From Vitrella brassicaformis CCMP3155 (taxonomy: Eukaryota; Protista; Chromerida), in assembly GCA_001179505.1 (NCBI GenBank), contig CDMY01000271.1, positions 62,001-126,000 of the forward strand: a DNA stretch of 64,000 nt, in the 5' to 3' direction. Within the stretch, counting starts at the first letter, position 1, and every line of letters begins with the position of its first letter. The position numbers were made by a program, and so were the translations under genes. This document shows, one piece after another, positions 1-12,163 of the stretch. The notes beneath the pieces were generated by a model. The model made no database searches, had not been told where the DNA came from, and saw nothing but the letters and a program-made list of their open reading frames with translations.

Positions 1-511
1 TTCATGCATGCATTGATTCGTGTACACCTACTTCATGTGTGTGTCAGTGATTGATTGCCCCATTCATTGCCCCATCCATCCCCATGCACGCCTCTGTGTC
101 CCCATGCGTGTGTGGTGTGTACAATGGTTGGTTGGTTGGTGGCTGGCTGGCTGGGTGGATGGATTGCTGGGGTGGTGGTGGTGGCTGTATGCATGCACTG
201 TTTCGGCTGCAGTTTTGCCACGTTTGCTACGCATTCGCGACAGACACACAGACAGACACACATAGACAGAGAGGTGGATGGACTGACTCCACACACCCAC
301 ACTTGCGTGTCCGGTACATTGATGACTGTCAATGTGCTGATGGACGGATGGGATGGATGGATGGGCACGGATGAAGACCCGACGGGTGTGGATCAATCCA
401 AGGAAGAAGGTGTCTGTCGACCATCACACACACACACAGCACCTCATCAATGAGCTGCAAAGCATGCAGCACTAATCACCGGGCCTAGTATTCACAGCAC
501 AACACCCAACT

Positions 512-3500
512 CTACTCTGGCCGAAAGTAATCGGTGATCCGCCGCTGCCGTGGTGGGACATGCACACCAACGGGGCGGATCTCAAGGCGATAGTCGAACT
601 CTAGCTGCGACAGCTCAACCATCTCGTAACCTCTATTGCGCAGGAGGGCGTAAAACTGCCCCCTCTCCTCACCGTACGTCACCCAGACAGACTCGATGAC
701 ATGGTCGAGTGGGGGCGGGTCAGCCCATGTGTGTGCCTGTCTCATCTCCCTCTCCTGCCTCGCACGCCGTCTCTCTCTCCAAACCGCCTCCCTGTCGAAC
801 CTCTGCCTCTCTGCCGCCCACACATGACGGTTGGCTATCTCTTCCTCGATGAATGCGGTCATGTGTGCACGTGCAGCGTCTGAATCTGGGTGCATGCCGT
901 CGCCTGCGTCCTCCATCTCATCATCAAGATCATCCGGATGATGACCAGAGGAGGATGCACACGACGGCATGGATGCGTCGCTGTCGCTCAGCTCAGTGGC
1001 ACACTCATCGTCAGTGTATATGTGGTCGAGCCGCTCTTCCACTCTGCACTCCAGCACAAGTGAAGGCAGACGGGGAAACGCATCGAGGGCAGACAGGCAG
1101 ACAGGCGCTAGCTCGTGCACGTAGGCCTGCTCTGCGTAGTGCTCCAACGGCACGTCAGCTACCCGCAGTGACACCTGGCTGATCCTGTCGACCACCCGGC
1201 CCTCTGTCTGCATCTCGTCTGCTCCTTCCTGGTCCCCCCTGCCCACACACAGTGACCACTCGTTGGCCTGTGACCTCCTCTCTCTCTGTGAGGAATGCGC
1301 TCGCAGATGGAGTGAGGGGCGCTCGCTGACACACTCACGCAGGCAAAGTGGCACGGCGCTAGGGAAGCGCATGTCGCCGTCAGACCTCTCTGGGAGGAAG
1401 GTGACGGTCTGCAGCTTCGGCAAGCGACTAAAGGCTACCTGCACCACCCCCTGGCCAATCATAATGGTGCCCCCTGCCCTCTGCGCCTGGCTCAGATCGA
1501 GACAAGTGACACGCGGGAAGAGAGAGCCGCGAAAAGACTCCAAGAGGGCGTCCGGCAGGGGAGACCAGCCCTCACGAGTCCTGTCTACACTCAGGCGTGT
1601 GACTCGCGGAAAAGTGAGACCAGACACGACAGTGGATAGGGTAAGGGCAGACGAGTAGGAGTAGGTGGGCGACGGGAAAGGGTCGAGGCCGCTCGGAATG
1701 GACGCTTCTGTCGCCAGAGAGGCCAGCAGCTTGACCGTGGTCGCCCGATCCCAGAGGTCGCTGGCGGAGAAATTGAACAGCTTTCTCATGGGGAATGAGA
1801 AGCTGCGGGTGGTTGTGTAGTCCTCGCGAGCGCCTGGGGCCAGCCAGTACTGCCGAATCGAATGCAACTCCTGCACCAAGAAGCAAGCGCACAGCCTGTC
1901 TTTGCCTTCGCAGTGCCGCCAAGAAGCAAGGCTCACTCACCTTAATACAGCAGAAGGTGACCTCCTTGATGTCTATCTCGGCCGTGAGCTCCTCCAGCTT
2001 GCACGACGTGCTGGCAGCCTGCGTCTCCGGAAAGACGCCCCAATAGCGCAAGCCGGTGACCTTGGGGCCCTTGAGCCGCTTGAGCGTCGTTCTGTTCTGC
2101 ACCACAGGCTGCAGGTCGCGGAGCTCCATCCCTCTGGCTGTGAGGGCGATGGGGCCCGCGCTGTCAGCTGGCCCCATCCATGTCGAAATGTGCCTGCATA
2201 TTGGGTACGGAGTAACTGCCCACTTCGACGTCCAGCTCCTCAAGAGGCCTGTGGACAGACAGACAGACAGACAGACACCAAGAGCAGCCGGACTCAGCAG
2301 AGCAGACAGACGCACATGGGATGCGTGTGAGATGTGTGGGTTACCTCGTCGTCCAGTTGCGATGATGTGCTATTGACACCCACCCGCCACTGACTTTCAC
2401 CTGCACACCAGAGAAGGGGCAGGGCAGCAGGAATGGAGTCAGACACCAGCAGACAGTTCTGTCTGACTCCCGCACTCGGGCACGCACCTTGGTGAGCCTG
2501 AAGAAGTCCCTAGGGTATGGCAACCGGATGGCATCTCCTCTTTGGCCCCGGCAGCAAGCCTCGAGGGACTTGAGGGTCGCAGCTGCGCGCTCGACCAGCA
2601 TCACCAGCTGCACTGTCGGGGCTGCGCGAATGACCATCGCTTCAGTCCGACTGAACAGGTGCAACCACTCACGGCTCTGCTCCCAAGTCATCCTGACGCA
2701 GGAGCGGGATCTGATGACGACGGTGCGGTGCATGGGCTGCCGGCGGGACAGCGAGTGGAGGGAGGGGTGCGCACGAGCCAGATCCACTAGAACGGACTGC
2801 GTACCTGCAGCCAAACCGACCCAACCAACACACAGCAAACTTGCTGCCTGTTTTGCCGTGCGCTTTGGCCAATCGCCGTGGGCTGGCTGCTTTGCTTACC
2901 CAGAAGGGGGCTGAGAAATCGATACCATAGTGGCTCGGGAAGGTCGCACAGGAGCGCAGGCGTCACAACCTGAAGTTGCAAGGGCCAACCAGCCAGCATT
3001 GCGCGGGCGGCTGTAGAGTGCCTGTCTTTCTTGCTGCCTGCCTTTGTTTGCGCCCCACTTACCGGCAGGTTGAGCGTCTCGGCGATGAAGTCACACTTGG
3101 TGTGGGCCCGCTGGATGAGCTGTTTCTGCGGCTCAAGGCCTTGGCTCATCACCGACGCGGCCTTCAGCAGCTTCAGGCAACACTTGTAGTGGACTGACAC
3201 ACGCTGAGAAAAGCACAGCGCAGTACACGGCAACGACTCATTGCAAGCAGCTGAGCCTGCCTGCCTCATCGTATCCTCCCTCTCACCTCGGCAACGGTTT
3301 CTTCCAGCCCCGACGCCTCCTTGGAACACTTCAGGGCAAACACCTCCTTGGCCTGCATCCAACGCGCCGAGTGAATGAGTCATGCAATTCGACCCATGCC
3401 AGCCAAGTGAATGAAGGTGTCCGCACCCTTCCTTACCCGCGCATTGAGTGTGTCCATGCGCTGTCCTACATCGTCCAGCCGACGCCTCGCAGCCGCCACA

Positions 3501-3547
3501 GCCCCGGTGGCCTCACGCTCCTGTGCGGCCATACGCATCGCAGCCAT
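512..3547 (-). CDS. Multi-exon lineage-specific protein with an F-box-like motif, possible LRR-like middle, acidic tract and C-terminal PIP box
   Basis: ORF pieces 3380-3700, 2787-3383, 2341-2838, 1572-2315 and 512-1936 are separated by GT-AG introns. F-box-like LLCDLPEPLWYRFLSPLL at about 2900-2957; C-terminus QRRITDYFRPE*. Start uncertain (MAAMRM at 3547 chosen). Confidence 0.6.
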
Positions 3548-3764
3548 CACGAACACCGAGTCTGGGTCACAGATCTGTCTGTTGTTTCCCTCCCGTCGTG
3601 CACACCTCCGTCGAAGCATGAGGGATGTCCAGCCGCCGCCTGAGGTTCCTCTGCGGAGGCTCACTGACAGGCGGCTTTGGCCGACTGAGCCCAAGTTCAA
3701 ACATCTACTGATCGAGCCCCTGCTGGGAGCATGTTAAAGCCGCGCTGCGCAGCTTCATCCCGCC

Positions 3765-3840
3765 AGGGTTAGAACCCTGAAACCCAAACCCTTGTAGATT
3801 CTTTTATCCGTTGTGGCGCGCGCGCAGATTCGCGCGTATC
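3765..3840. promoter_or_regulatory. Telomere-like motif cluster plus GATTCGCGCG in divergent promoter
   Basis: AGGGTT-AG-AACCCT inverted pair 3765-3778, then AAACCC and AAACCCT to 3792; GATTCGCGCGTATC 3827-3840. Confidence 0.45.
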
Positions 3841-3974
3841 ATCAAAGGTAGACAACCCAGGGCGGGAGAGAGATACAGACATATGGCCGTTGGCTCATCA
3901 ATGGGTTGATCTGCGCCTTCCATCCGCCATATGATCTATCGACGACGGCCCTTTAGTGACTGATTGACTCGACG

Positions 3975-6268
3975 ATGGCAAAGCAGCAACAGCAGCAGCA
4001 ATACACGTCAGCCCGAAGACCACAAAGGAAAAAGGTGAGTCACACCAGCCAGCCCAAATGATATGAGTCACACCTGCTGCTGTTCTGACGCCTCTCGTGC
4101 CTCGCCTTGCTTCTGTGTGTGTGTGTTGTGTGTGCAGATCGTTTGGCTGTGAGTGAGTGAGCATCTCTTTGCCATGGCGCTGCAGCCGTTCCTCCAAGAC
4201 AACAAACTCAACGTCTTCCGGACGCGGCCGTGCGAGCGTCTGGCCCGCTACCGCGACGGCCACTGGCAGTCGGGGAAATGTCAATTTGGCTCCAAGTGCC
4301 AGTACAGCCACAACGCCGACTGGCTCAGGCGGCCGCCTCTCCTTGACCTCAAGGGAACAGCTGGCCCTGGTGAGGGTGGGGGCAGGGGCGGCAGGCCGTC
4401 ACCTGGCGGTGGCGGTGCCACCGGACCGGGGCCGAGTTTTCGGTATGTGGCTTTGTATTGTCCATTCATCCGGATCGAGGGCGGCAAGCTGGTGGAGACG
4501 ACGTGCACGAGGTCGGATGGGTGCCCCTTCGCACACTCGTATGAGGAGCTCATCTTCCACCCACTCTTCTACAAGACGCTCCTGGTACGGACTGACTGAC
4601 AGGCAGGTTGACAGACAATACACACACGGGGAGTGGTGGGAGGGGGGGGATGATCGATTTACGTGCATGGCTTCGGTGGACTGCTTCTCTCTCTCTCTCT
4701 CTCTCTCTCTGTTCTGTGTTCTGTGTTGTGTGTGCTGTTGGGTGGTGCTGCAGTGTCCCGATCACACGCACTATGGCCACTGTCCGAGGTATGTGTGCAG
4801 CGCAGGCAGACGGAAGAGAGACTGCACTGCATCGATCACTCACTTTTTCCCCTTTCTGTCTCTTTTGTGCCTTCCTTTCAGGTACTACTGCCACTTCGCT
4901 CACAGTGAGCATGAGCTGCGCGACCCCCAGTCGCTGGCTGACATTCCCAAGCCGCAGCTGGACCCCCACCTCCTCTCCCTCTCAATCGCTGCCTCATCAC
5001 CCACACTCGTCAGCCCAGCCGACATCGAGAACAGCCCACAGCTCTCGCTCGCCTACAGCCTCCCCCTACACCCGTCCGTCACGCCCCTCCTCGGCATCGG
5101 CCCCACCACTCTGCCCCAGATGCCCTCGCCTGTCGGTGGCGGCCCATCGCCCGCTGGTTCGGTGACGCCCAACTTCTTCCCCGGGTACCCCCAGGCGGCA
5201 GGCACTTCGCCCATGAGCGCGCCGTCGCCCTCTCAGGGCGGCCCCGAGGAGCGGCCTGACCATCAGCAGCAGGACCACTACATCGGCGTGTCGGGCTACG
5301 GCTTCCAGGAGCCTTATTTTCACTTCCGCAGCCGGAGTGTGCCGGCGGAGCAAGCAGCGTCGCCCACACGCGTCCAGCAGCAGGAGGGCGGGGAGGGCCC
5401 CACCAGCACGACTAGCAGCGGCACAAGGACACCGCCGAGGAGGGGAGGGCGGCACACCGTGAGGCACCCTTACTCGTACACGGGCAAGTGTCGGGTGGTG
5501 GCGCCCATGCCTCTCGTGACGGTCAGGGAGATGCCACCTGACGTACCCTCATTCCCAGCCGTCCCGCCCCCGCAATTCCCGCTCCCGCTTGGCCCACCAC
5601 CAGCGGCCGTCAGCGTGAGTCCATACCAGCACATGCATGCCACCATGGCCCCAGCGCCAGCTGTCAGTGTCGCTGCCCCGCCTCCTCCCCCACCCCCGCC
5701 ATCCTCAGGAGCACCGCCACCGTCACCATCACCATACCCTCATCCGCCCGGCCNNNNNNNNNNNNNNNNNNNNNNNNNNNNNNNNNNNNNNNNNNNNNNN
5801 NNNNNNNNNNNNNNNNNNNNNNNNNNNNNNNNNNNNNNNNNNNNNNNNNNNNNNNNNNNNNNNNNNNNNNNNNNNNNNNNNNNNNNNNNNNNNNNNNNNN
5901 NNNNNNNNNNNNNNNNNNNNNNNNNNNNNNNNNNNNNNNNNNNNNNNNNNNNNNNNNNNNNNNNNNNNNNNNNNNNNNNNNNNNNNNNNNNNNNNNNNNN
6001 NNNNNNNNNNNNNNNNNNNNNNNNNNNNNNNNNNNNNNNNNNNNNNNNNNNNNCCCCTCCACCCCCACCACCACCCTCACCACCACAAGCGCCGCCGCAG
6101 GTGATTATCACAATATCACTGGAATATGGCGATCGAATCAATCATGCATTTCTGTCTGTCTGTGTTTGTCTTGGTGTGTGTATGGTTGTTTGGTGTGTGC
6201 AGCCACCGAGCGAGGGGTACGTGTACCGCTATGGGCACCCAGCACAGTGGCCGGGCTACAGAGGCTGA
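3975..6268 (+). CDS. Unkempt-like tandem CCCH zinc-finger RNA-binding protein with Pro-rich C-terminus
   Basis: Spliced exons 3975-4034, 4186-4584, 4754-4788, 4882-~6100 and 6203-6268 give three CCCH fingers: FRTRPC..CQFGSKCQYSH..WLRRPP, YCP..CTRSDGCPFAH and YKTLLCP..CPRYYCHFAH. The gene crosses the N gap 5754-6053. Confidence 0.8.
5754..6053. other. Assembly gap (300 N)
   Basis: N run flanked by C-rich, Pro-coding sequence. Confidence 0.95.
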
Positions 6269-6732
6269 GTAATGACGGACAGACAGCCGCGCGGGACAGA
6301 ACAGAGGGAGGGACGGCATTTAGCAGGGATTGGGAGCACGGGATTTGGGGGGGCAGATGCATTCGCTCTGTCAGGCAGGCAGGAAGGCAGGCAGAAAGCC
6401 TGGCTCTTTTCCGTCACTGGTGTGGTCTTGTGTGGTGCGGTGGGTTTTGTTCAGTGTGCCTGGTGTGACCGTCTGTCTGTCTGTGAGTGTCTGTCTTTCT
6501 GTGTGGTGTGTGAGGGAGCGAGTGAGTTCTGGTGTGATGCGATGCTATCAATCTATCTAGCTCTCTATGCTTCTACGTGAATACGAGTGCACGTAGCGAA
6601 GCTAAATGGCTGGCAGCCTTTTCTCTGTCTACCGGGGAGGGGAGGCGATGCGTCATCGCATCAGTCAATGAGGGAGGGAGGGAGCGAGGGAGAGAGGGAG
6701 AATTGGGGATGGCTGAGACGGCTGGGCGGGCG

Positions 6733-7032
6733 NNNNNNNNNNNNNNNNNNNNNNNNNNNNNNNNNNNNNNNNNNNNNNNNNNNNNNNNNNNNNNNNNNNN
6801 NNNNNNNNNNNNNNNNNNNNNNNNNNNNNNNNNNNNNNNNNNNNNNNNNNNNNNNNNNNNNNNNNNNNNNNNNNNNNNNNNNNNNNNNNNNNNNNNNNNN
6901 NNNNNNNNNNNNNNNNNNNNNNNNNNNNNNNNNNNNNNNNNNNNNNNNNNNNNNNNNNNNNNNNNNNNNNNNNNNNNNNNNNNNNNNNNNNNNNNNNNNN
7001 NNNNNNNNNNNNNNNNNNNNNNNNNNNNNNNN
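6733..7032. other. Assembly gap (300 N)
   Basis: N run flanked by G-rich tracts. Confidence 0.95.
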
Positions 7033-7214
7033 GGGATTGGGGGGTTGGGTGCTGGATTTGTTTGTGCTGACGTAAGTGGTGCTACTCGCGTGCGTACGTA
7101 CGTGCGTGCGCGCTGCGTACATACATACATACCGACATACATACATACATACAGACGACACGGGCAATAACAGATGGATGGATGGACCGAGGGATGGATG
7201 GACCTTGGATGAGA

Positions 7215-7275
7215 GTCTGTCTGTCTGTCTGTGTGTCTGTCTGTGTGTCTGTCTGTGTGTCTGTCTGAGTGAGTG
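7215..7275. repeat. Compound microsatellite (GTCT/GTGT), approx. 12-nt unit GTCTGTCTGTGT repeated
   Basis: Directly visible tandem repeat; similar tracts occur throughout introns and UTRs. Confidence 0.8.
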
Positions 7276-8669
7276 AGTCAGAGATCCGCACGCGAAAGGC
7301 GCCAGTACATGCATGACCGTAATTGCCTGCCTGCCTGTCTGCCTGTTTGTCCGTCGATCTATCGGTCCGGCCGCTATTTCTTATGCATGTCTGTCTGTCT
7401 GTCATCATCCTCTGTGTGTCTGTGTGTCGTGTCGGTCTGTCCGTCAGTCAAGTACGTGCACACGGAAATGAGTGTGAGTGGTGCACAGCAGGGCAAAGCG
7501 GCGACATGGCAACGTGGCGTGGCCGCATTCATTGTCCATCTGTCTGTGTAATGAGTGGTCCTCCTCACTCACGATGTGTGTATGGTATGGTATGTCCGTA
7601 AGTTAGAGTGAGTGGTTTTGGTCTCCTTTGTGTGGGTGGGTGGGAGGGAGGGAGGGAGGGTGGGTGGCTTTGGTCGATTATCTACCTAGCTATCTGTCAG
7701 TGGCTTTGGGTACTAGATAGATACATATACGTGTGTGTGTATGTGTGATGCAATTCGTCCGTGGGAGGGGGTGCTGTCTATGCTATGGTCGCTCGTGGGG
7801 CTGAGTGCTGCCAGACTGGCTCGGCTGCTCACCCCCAGCAGAGAGGGGGGAGGGGGCTCTCCTGGGGGTGACAGACAGACAGACTGGTGGGGGCGGGGGC
7901 ACCGGACAGACAGATGGACAAACAGACGGACGGACGGACGGACAGACGGGGCATACCACACACACGCATCCTCTCTCTCGCTCTGTCTCTCTGTCACATT
8001 TGACACCCCACTCTGTGTTGGTTTTGTGGCTTTTGTACACCACACACACAGACAGGTGAATTGGTGGGCGTACGTCCCGCGCACACACATCGATCTAGGT
8101 CGGTAGTTAGGCAGGCAGGCAGGTGGGTGGGTGGGTAGATAGGTAGGTGGAGGCACCCACCTGGCCCGGCTAGAGGGGGAGGATGGGGGCGTGGCGTGGC
8201 GGGTGTCCGTCTGCTGTCTGCCTGCCTACATATAGTCAGTCTGCCATGCCAAAGCTGCAACGTGGAATGGCTGGAGAGAGGGAGCTGGAGCCAGACACGA
8301 TCAATGATTGCAATCACATGTCCATCCATCCATCCATCTACCGCGTCGGTCAAGGGAGGAGGTTCTTTTTCTCCAAAGGGAGAGGGGCGGGCGGACCAGT
8401 TGGCTCACTCTCATCCCACAACTCTTGTTCGTGCACCTTTCCCATGACCGCTCAGTGATCGACTGACTCAATGACAATGACCGTTCATCCATTCATTCAT
8501 TGGTTGATACATCGATGACTCATCAATATGACCATGAACATACTCCATCCATGGCATGAGCCACCTCACCTTTCCCAGTAAGTACGACATCCACCCACCA
8601 GCCCCAGGTGGGGTGGACAACAAGTGTTTCTATCGACACACACGAATGCATCACACGCAGCACGCACAA

Positions 8670-10739
8670 CTAGGCCGGCCGCAGGGTGCCGATCTGACAC
8701 GACTCGTCTTCATCGTCGCGACGCTCTCCACCCTTCAACCCAGCCACCCCCTCCCCCCTCTCCGCATCCGCGAGGCTCTTGCCACACCTGTCGCTTGACC
8801 GCAGGAAGGGCCGTGACGGGAAGGGCGACACACCTGGGTGGTACTGGTCGAATCGCCTCACTCGGACATTGCTCTGCACAAGGAGGAAGGACAGAGCGGA
8901 AAAGGGTGGTGCATGTGGATGTGTGTGGGTGATGACGTTGACGGGCGGGCGAGCGTCCGCGTACATTCTGCAGGAGGGGCACCGAGCCGCTGTCCAGGTC
9001 GTAGTCCAAGGCATAGATCACCTCCGTAATGCCCTGAAGGACAGACAAAAGACACTCATGCACACACCTCCGTCCGTCATCTCTCTCTCTCTCTCTCTCA
9101 CACCGCCTGTATGATGAGCTTGGCGCATCCGAGGCACGGCGTACAGGTCACAAACACCATCCCACCCACACACCGCTCGCGACCTGTTGATGGGAGAAAC
9201 GACAGACAGAAGCATGGTTGGTGGCCTTGTCTTGTCTCTCCCTCTCGGCCCGCCCATCCCATCCCATCCGTGCCCCCACGCCCGCCCACCAGCCTCCAGC
9301 AGCGCATTGGCCTCAGCGTGCATGCACAGGCATATCTCTAGCGCCTGCCCCTGTGCAGTGGCCGCATTGCACCGCCTGCAGCCGCCCTCGTTGCAGTTGG
9401 TCACACCGAAGGGGGTGCCGTTGTAGCCCGTCGAGACGACCTTCTTGTTCTTGACCACTAAGGCGCCCACACTGACATGAATGAACGGCACATCTACACA
9501 TGTGTGTGATGCGTGTGCCCGCTGTGGCTACCTTTTCTTCATGCAGTTTGATCGAGACGCTGCAAGGAAGGCCAATCTCATGAAGTAGGTGTCCCACGAA
9601 GGCCTCGTCAGCTCTGGATTCAGCAGATCCAACGCTGCACAACGGGGGGACGCACTCACAGCGGGCTGACGCGCAGAAAGAGATTGACACGAGCATCGTC
9701 CCTTGCTGACCATCTAGTGACTCTGCCAGGTGCTGTAAGGAGCCGCCGTTGACGAGCTCAATATCGGCTTCTGACATGCCTGCACCGACAGATCAGATCA
9801 CACAAATGTGGTGACACATGCGCGGAGAGCATCAGTGCGTACAGAATGCAACGGATGCTCCCATTCCCGTTGGGCCCTGCTGCGGACCAGCTGCACCGAA
9901 CTCAACCTGCATGGCCACACACACAGACACACACACACACAGGCACACAGGGATGCAGGTATTACACTGACACGCCTGTCCGAACGGCCCTTCGCCTACT
10001 TGGTCTTGTTCCCTCAGGAACGACAGCATCTTCTCAGCATCCACATCGCTCACATCTCCGTGGATGCTCTTTGAAACAGATCGATGATCTAGGCTACCAT
10101 CGTCGCCCTCCTGTGCGATGCTCCGTGCGAGGCGTGTCAGTATGGGTGCCTTGACGGCCATCTGGTGTAGCAAGGCCTGATACATTCAAGAGGCTCTGAT
10201 AGCTTGTGCCGCATACCAGCAGGAAGAACGGCCGCCGCCTGCAAACAACCATCAATCACACGGGCATGGGAATGGCATTGCGTACCTTTGTGCGTGTGTG
10301 TGTGTGTTTTCTGTTGTATGCGTACCTGAAGATCTGCATCTCCTCCCGTAAAGTGATGGGAAAGACCACGTGAGGCGTCTGCCAACGCTGCATTACTGAA
10401 ACCACAACAGCACAGCACGCCATTGACGCCTTCGAGGACCATCTGTGTGCTCTGCCTACTTCGCTCGAGCGCCTCGTGAGCCGCCTGCTGCGCCAGATCC
10501 ATCGCAGACCTGTCCTCTGACGCATCCGCCTGTCCTCCGCCATCTACTTGGCCATCGTGGACGCCGTTGCATGCCCTCATCTGGTCCTCTTGGCCACCGC
10601 ATGCATCGCATCCTTTGCGCTCGAGTTCACGTCCGAGCTGCTTCAAGTTCAGCGCGACGAAGCCCCTTTCTTCTTCGAGCAAACGGGCAACAGTCGCCTT
10701 GCCACTCTTGGGAGGCCCGCACAGGCCGACAATCACCAT
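8670..10739 (-). CDS. DCTD: dCMP deaminase with N-terminal P-loop NTPase domain (fungal/protist DCD1 architecture)
   Basis: MVIVGLCGPPKSGKATVA (Walker-A-like), RRPFFLL, RPSWDTYFMRLAFLAASRSNCMK.RVGALVVK..VVSTGYNGTP, CLCMHAEANALL (HAE) and TPCLGCAKLIIQ (PCxxC zinc ligands). The 3' end is approximate. Confidence 0.93.
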
Positions 10740-10897
10740 CTCTCACTCATCCCAGCTTGCCTCCCCCGGAAAACGGGTGTCGTGCATCGCTCCCCCCTCG
10801 CGGAGTCGTCTTTCTCCGCCAGCAACCACCAGCCAGGCGTCCAGTGACGTGCGAAACCTTTGTCTGCCCTTGATCCGTCGCTCGGTTGTCCTCGGTG

Positions 10898-11580
10898 ATG
10901 GTGTACAAGAAGGCATATTGCATTCTACATAGCAAGGTTGGAGACCACACGAGAGCTCGTCTTTCCCCTCACACAGGCTCCTTTGCTGTTCAGGGTTGTT
11001 GCCCGAAGGGCAATGCGTGCAATTACGCACACAGTTTTAACGAAATTGATATGACAAGTAAGCGTCACACCAACGGGGAAACACTGTGTTGCACAAGGGT
11101 GTTCAAGGTCGAACAGGGCGTGTATGCGGTGTGTGCGGCTGTGTGTCTCTCCTCTCAGAATACAAAATAAACATTTGCCGCGAGTGGAAGTCAATAGGGC
11201 GGTGCCCCCGTGGCGAATTTTGTACTTATGCTCATTGCCGAAAGGACATGCGCTTAGAAGAATGGTGTGAGTACGTATGGAAAGGTGAGCAAGGGAAGAG
11301 GCAGGGGAAGCAGAACAAATTGGCACCTCTTGCCATGTGTGCTGATCTGTGCGCAGGTACGAGTTGCCATCGGGGTGTGGACTGCCACAAAGCCCACTCA
11401 GATAGTGAGCTCAAGCTGCGAAAGAAATTGTACGCTAAGCCAATGGCGGACGCACATCACATTCGCCTCAGCGGTACAGCCACCATTCGCCTCAGCGGTA
11501 CAGCCACAATTCCCGTGTGTGCCTTGTGCGTGTTCAGGAATGACGAGATGGCCGAGAAGATAGCCAGCTTTAACGGCTGA
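10898..11580 (+). CDS. Small protein with three tandem CCCH zinc fingers (TIS11/TTP-like spacing)
   Basis: Exons 10898-10936, 10994-11057, 11159-11284, 11357-11429 and 11538-11580 splice in frame: YKKAYC-x7-C-x5-C-x3-H, KYKINIC-x8-C-x5-C-x3-H and C-x8-C-x5-C-x3-H. Confidence 0.85.
11460..11507 (+). repeat. 24-nt direct tandem duplication in intron
   Basis: CATTCGCCTCAGCGGTACAGCCAC x2, exact. Confidence 0.9.
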
Positions 11581-12126
11581 GAAGGTACCCTGCAGTCCGG
11601 TTACCGAGAGCTTAGTAAATTACCAAATTTTGCTGCCTGGCTGACTGACCGACTGGCTGGCTGGATGGCTGAGTGACTGACTGAAGGTCTGTGTGTGGCT
11701 GGATGTCGCATGTATGGGTGGAGGGTGGGGCGGAAGCGCAACGCGTCGACGCCAGCTCCTCCATCCCATCTTGTTTGTTTAAGATGTCTGTCGGCGGTGT
11801 GAGGTGTGTATGCATCCATGTCTTTCCATAAGCTGCCTGCGTGAGTTGTACCCTCTGCTTGGGTCTGCTGGGTTTTGGGAAGCGTGTACGGTTTTGTTGG
11901 GCTGCGTGTGGTGCGTCTAGCGATGCATGGTGTACATCTCCTCTCTCTCTCGCTTGGCTGAGATGTATGTACGCACTACGTGAGTGGGTTTCTTTTGACA
12001 TTCTCACGATCCTTCTTGCGAACGATCTCTCTTGCCTGTCTGACCGGTCAGGAGGTGACTGGTGTTGTAGTCACTAGACAAGCGGCTGTAGGTGCATGTC
12101 TGACTGTAGCACATCCAGGGCATGAT

Positions 12127-12163
12127 CAGCAACGTGTGGATCGTACACATCCACACGTTGCTG
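12127..12163. repeat. Perfect 15-bp inverted repeat with 7-nt loop
   Basis: CAGCAACGTGTGGAT-CGTACAC-ATCCACACGTTGCTG. Confidence 0.9.

Noticed and set aside
4157-6268. 703-aa single ORF in the track
   Set aside because: It reads through introns (ACAG/CT tracts) and an N gap; the zinc fingers only assemble after splicing from another frame.
11460-11507. Short direct repeats (also 49981-50026) as CRISPR-like arrays
   Set aside because: Only two adjacent copies, no spacers, no cas genes, eukaryotic context.
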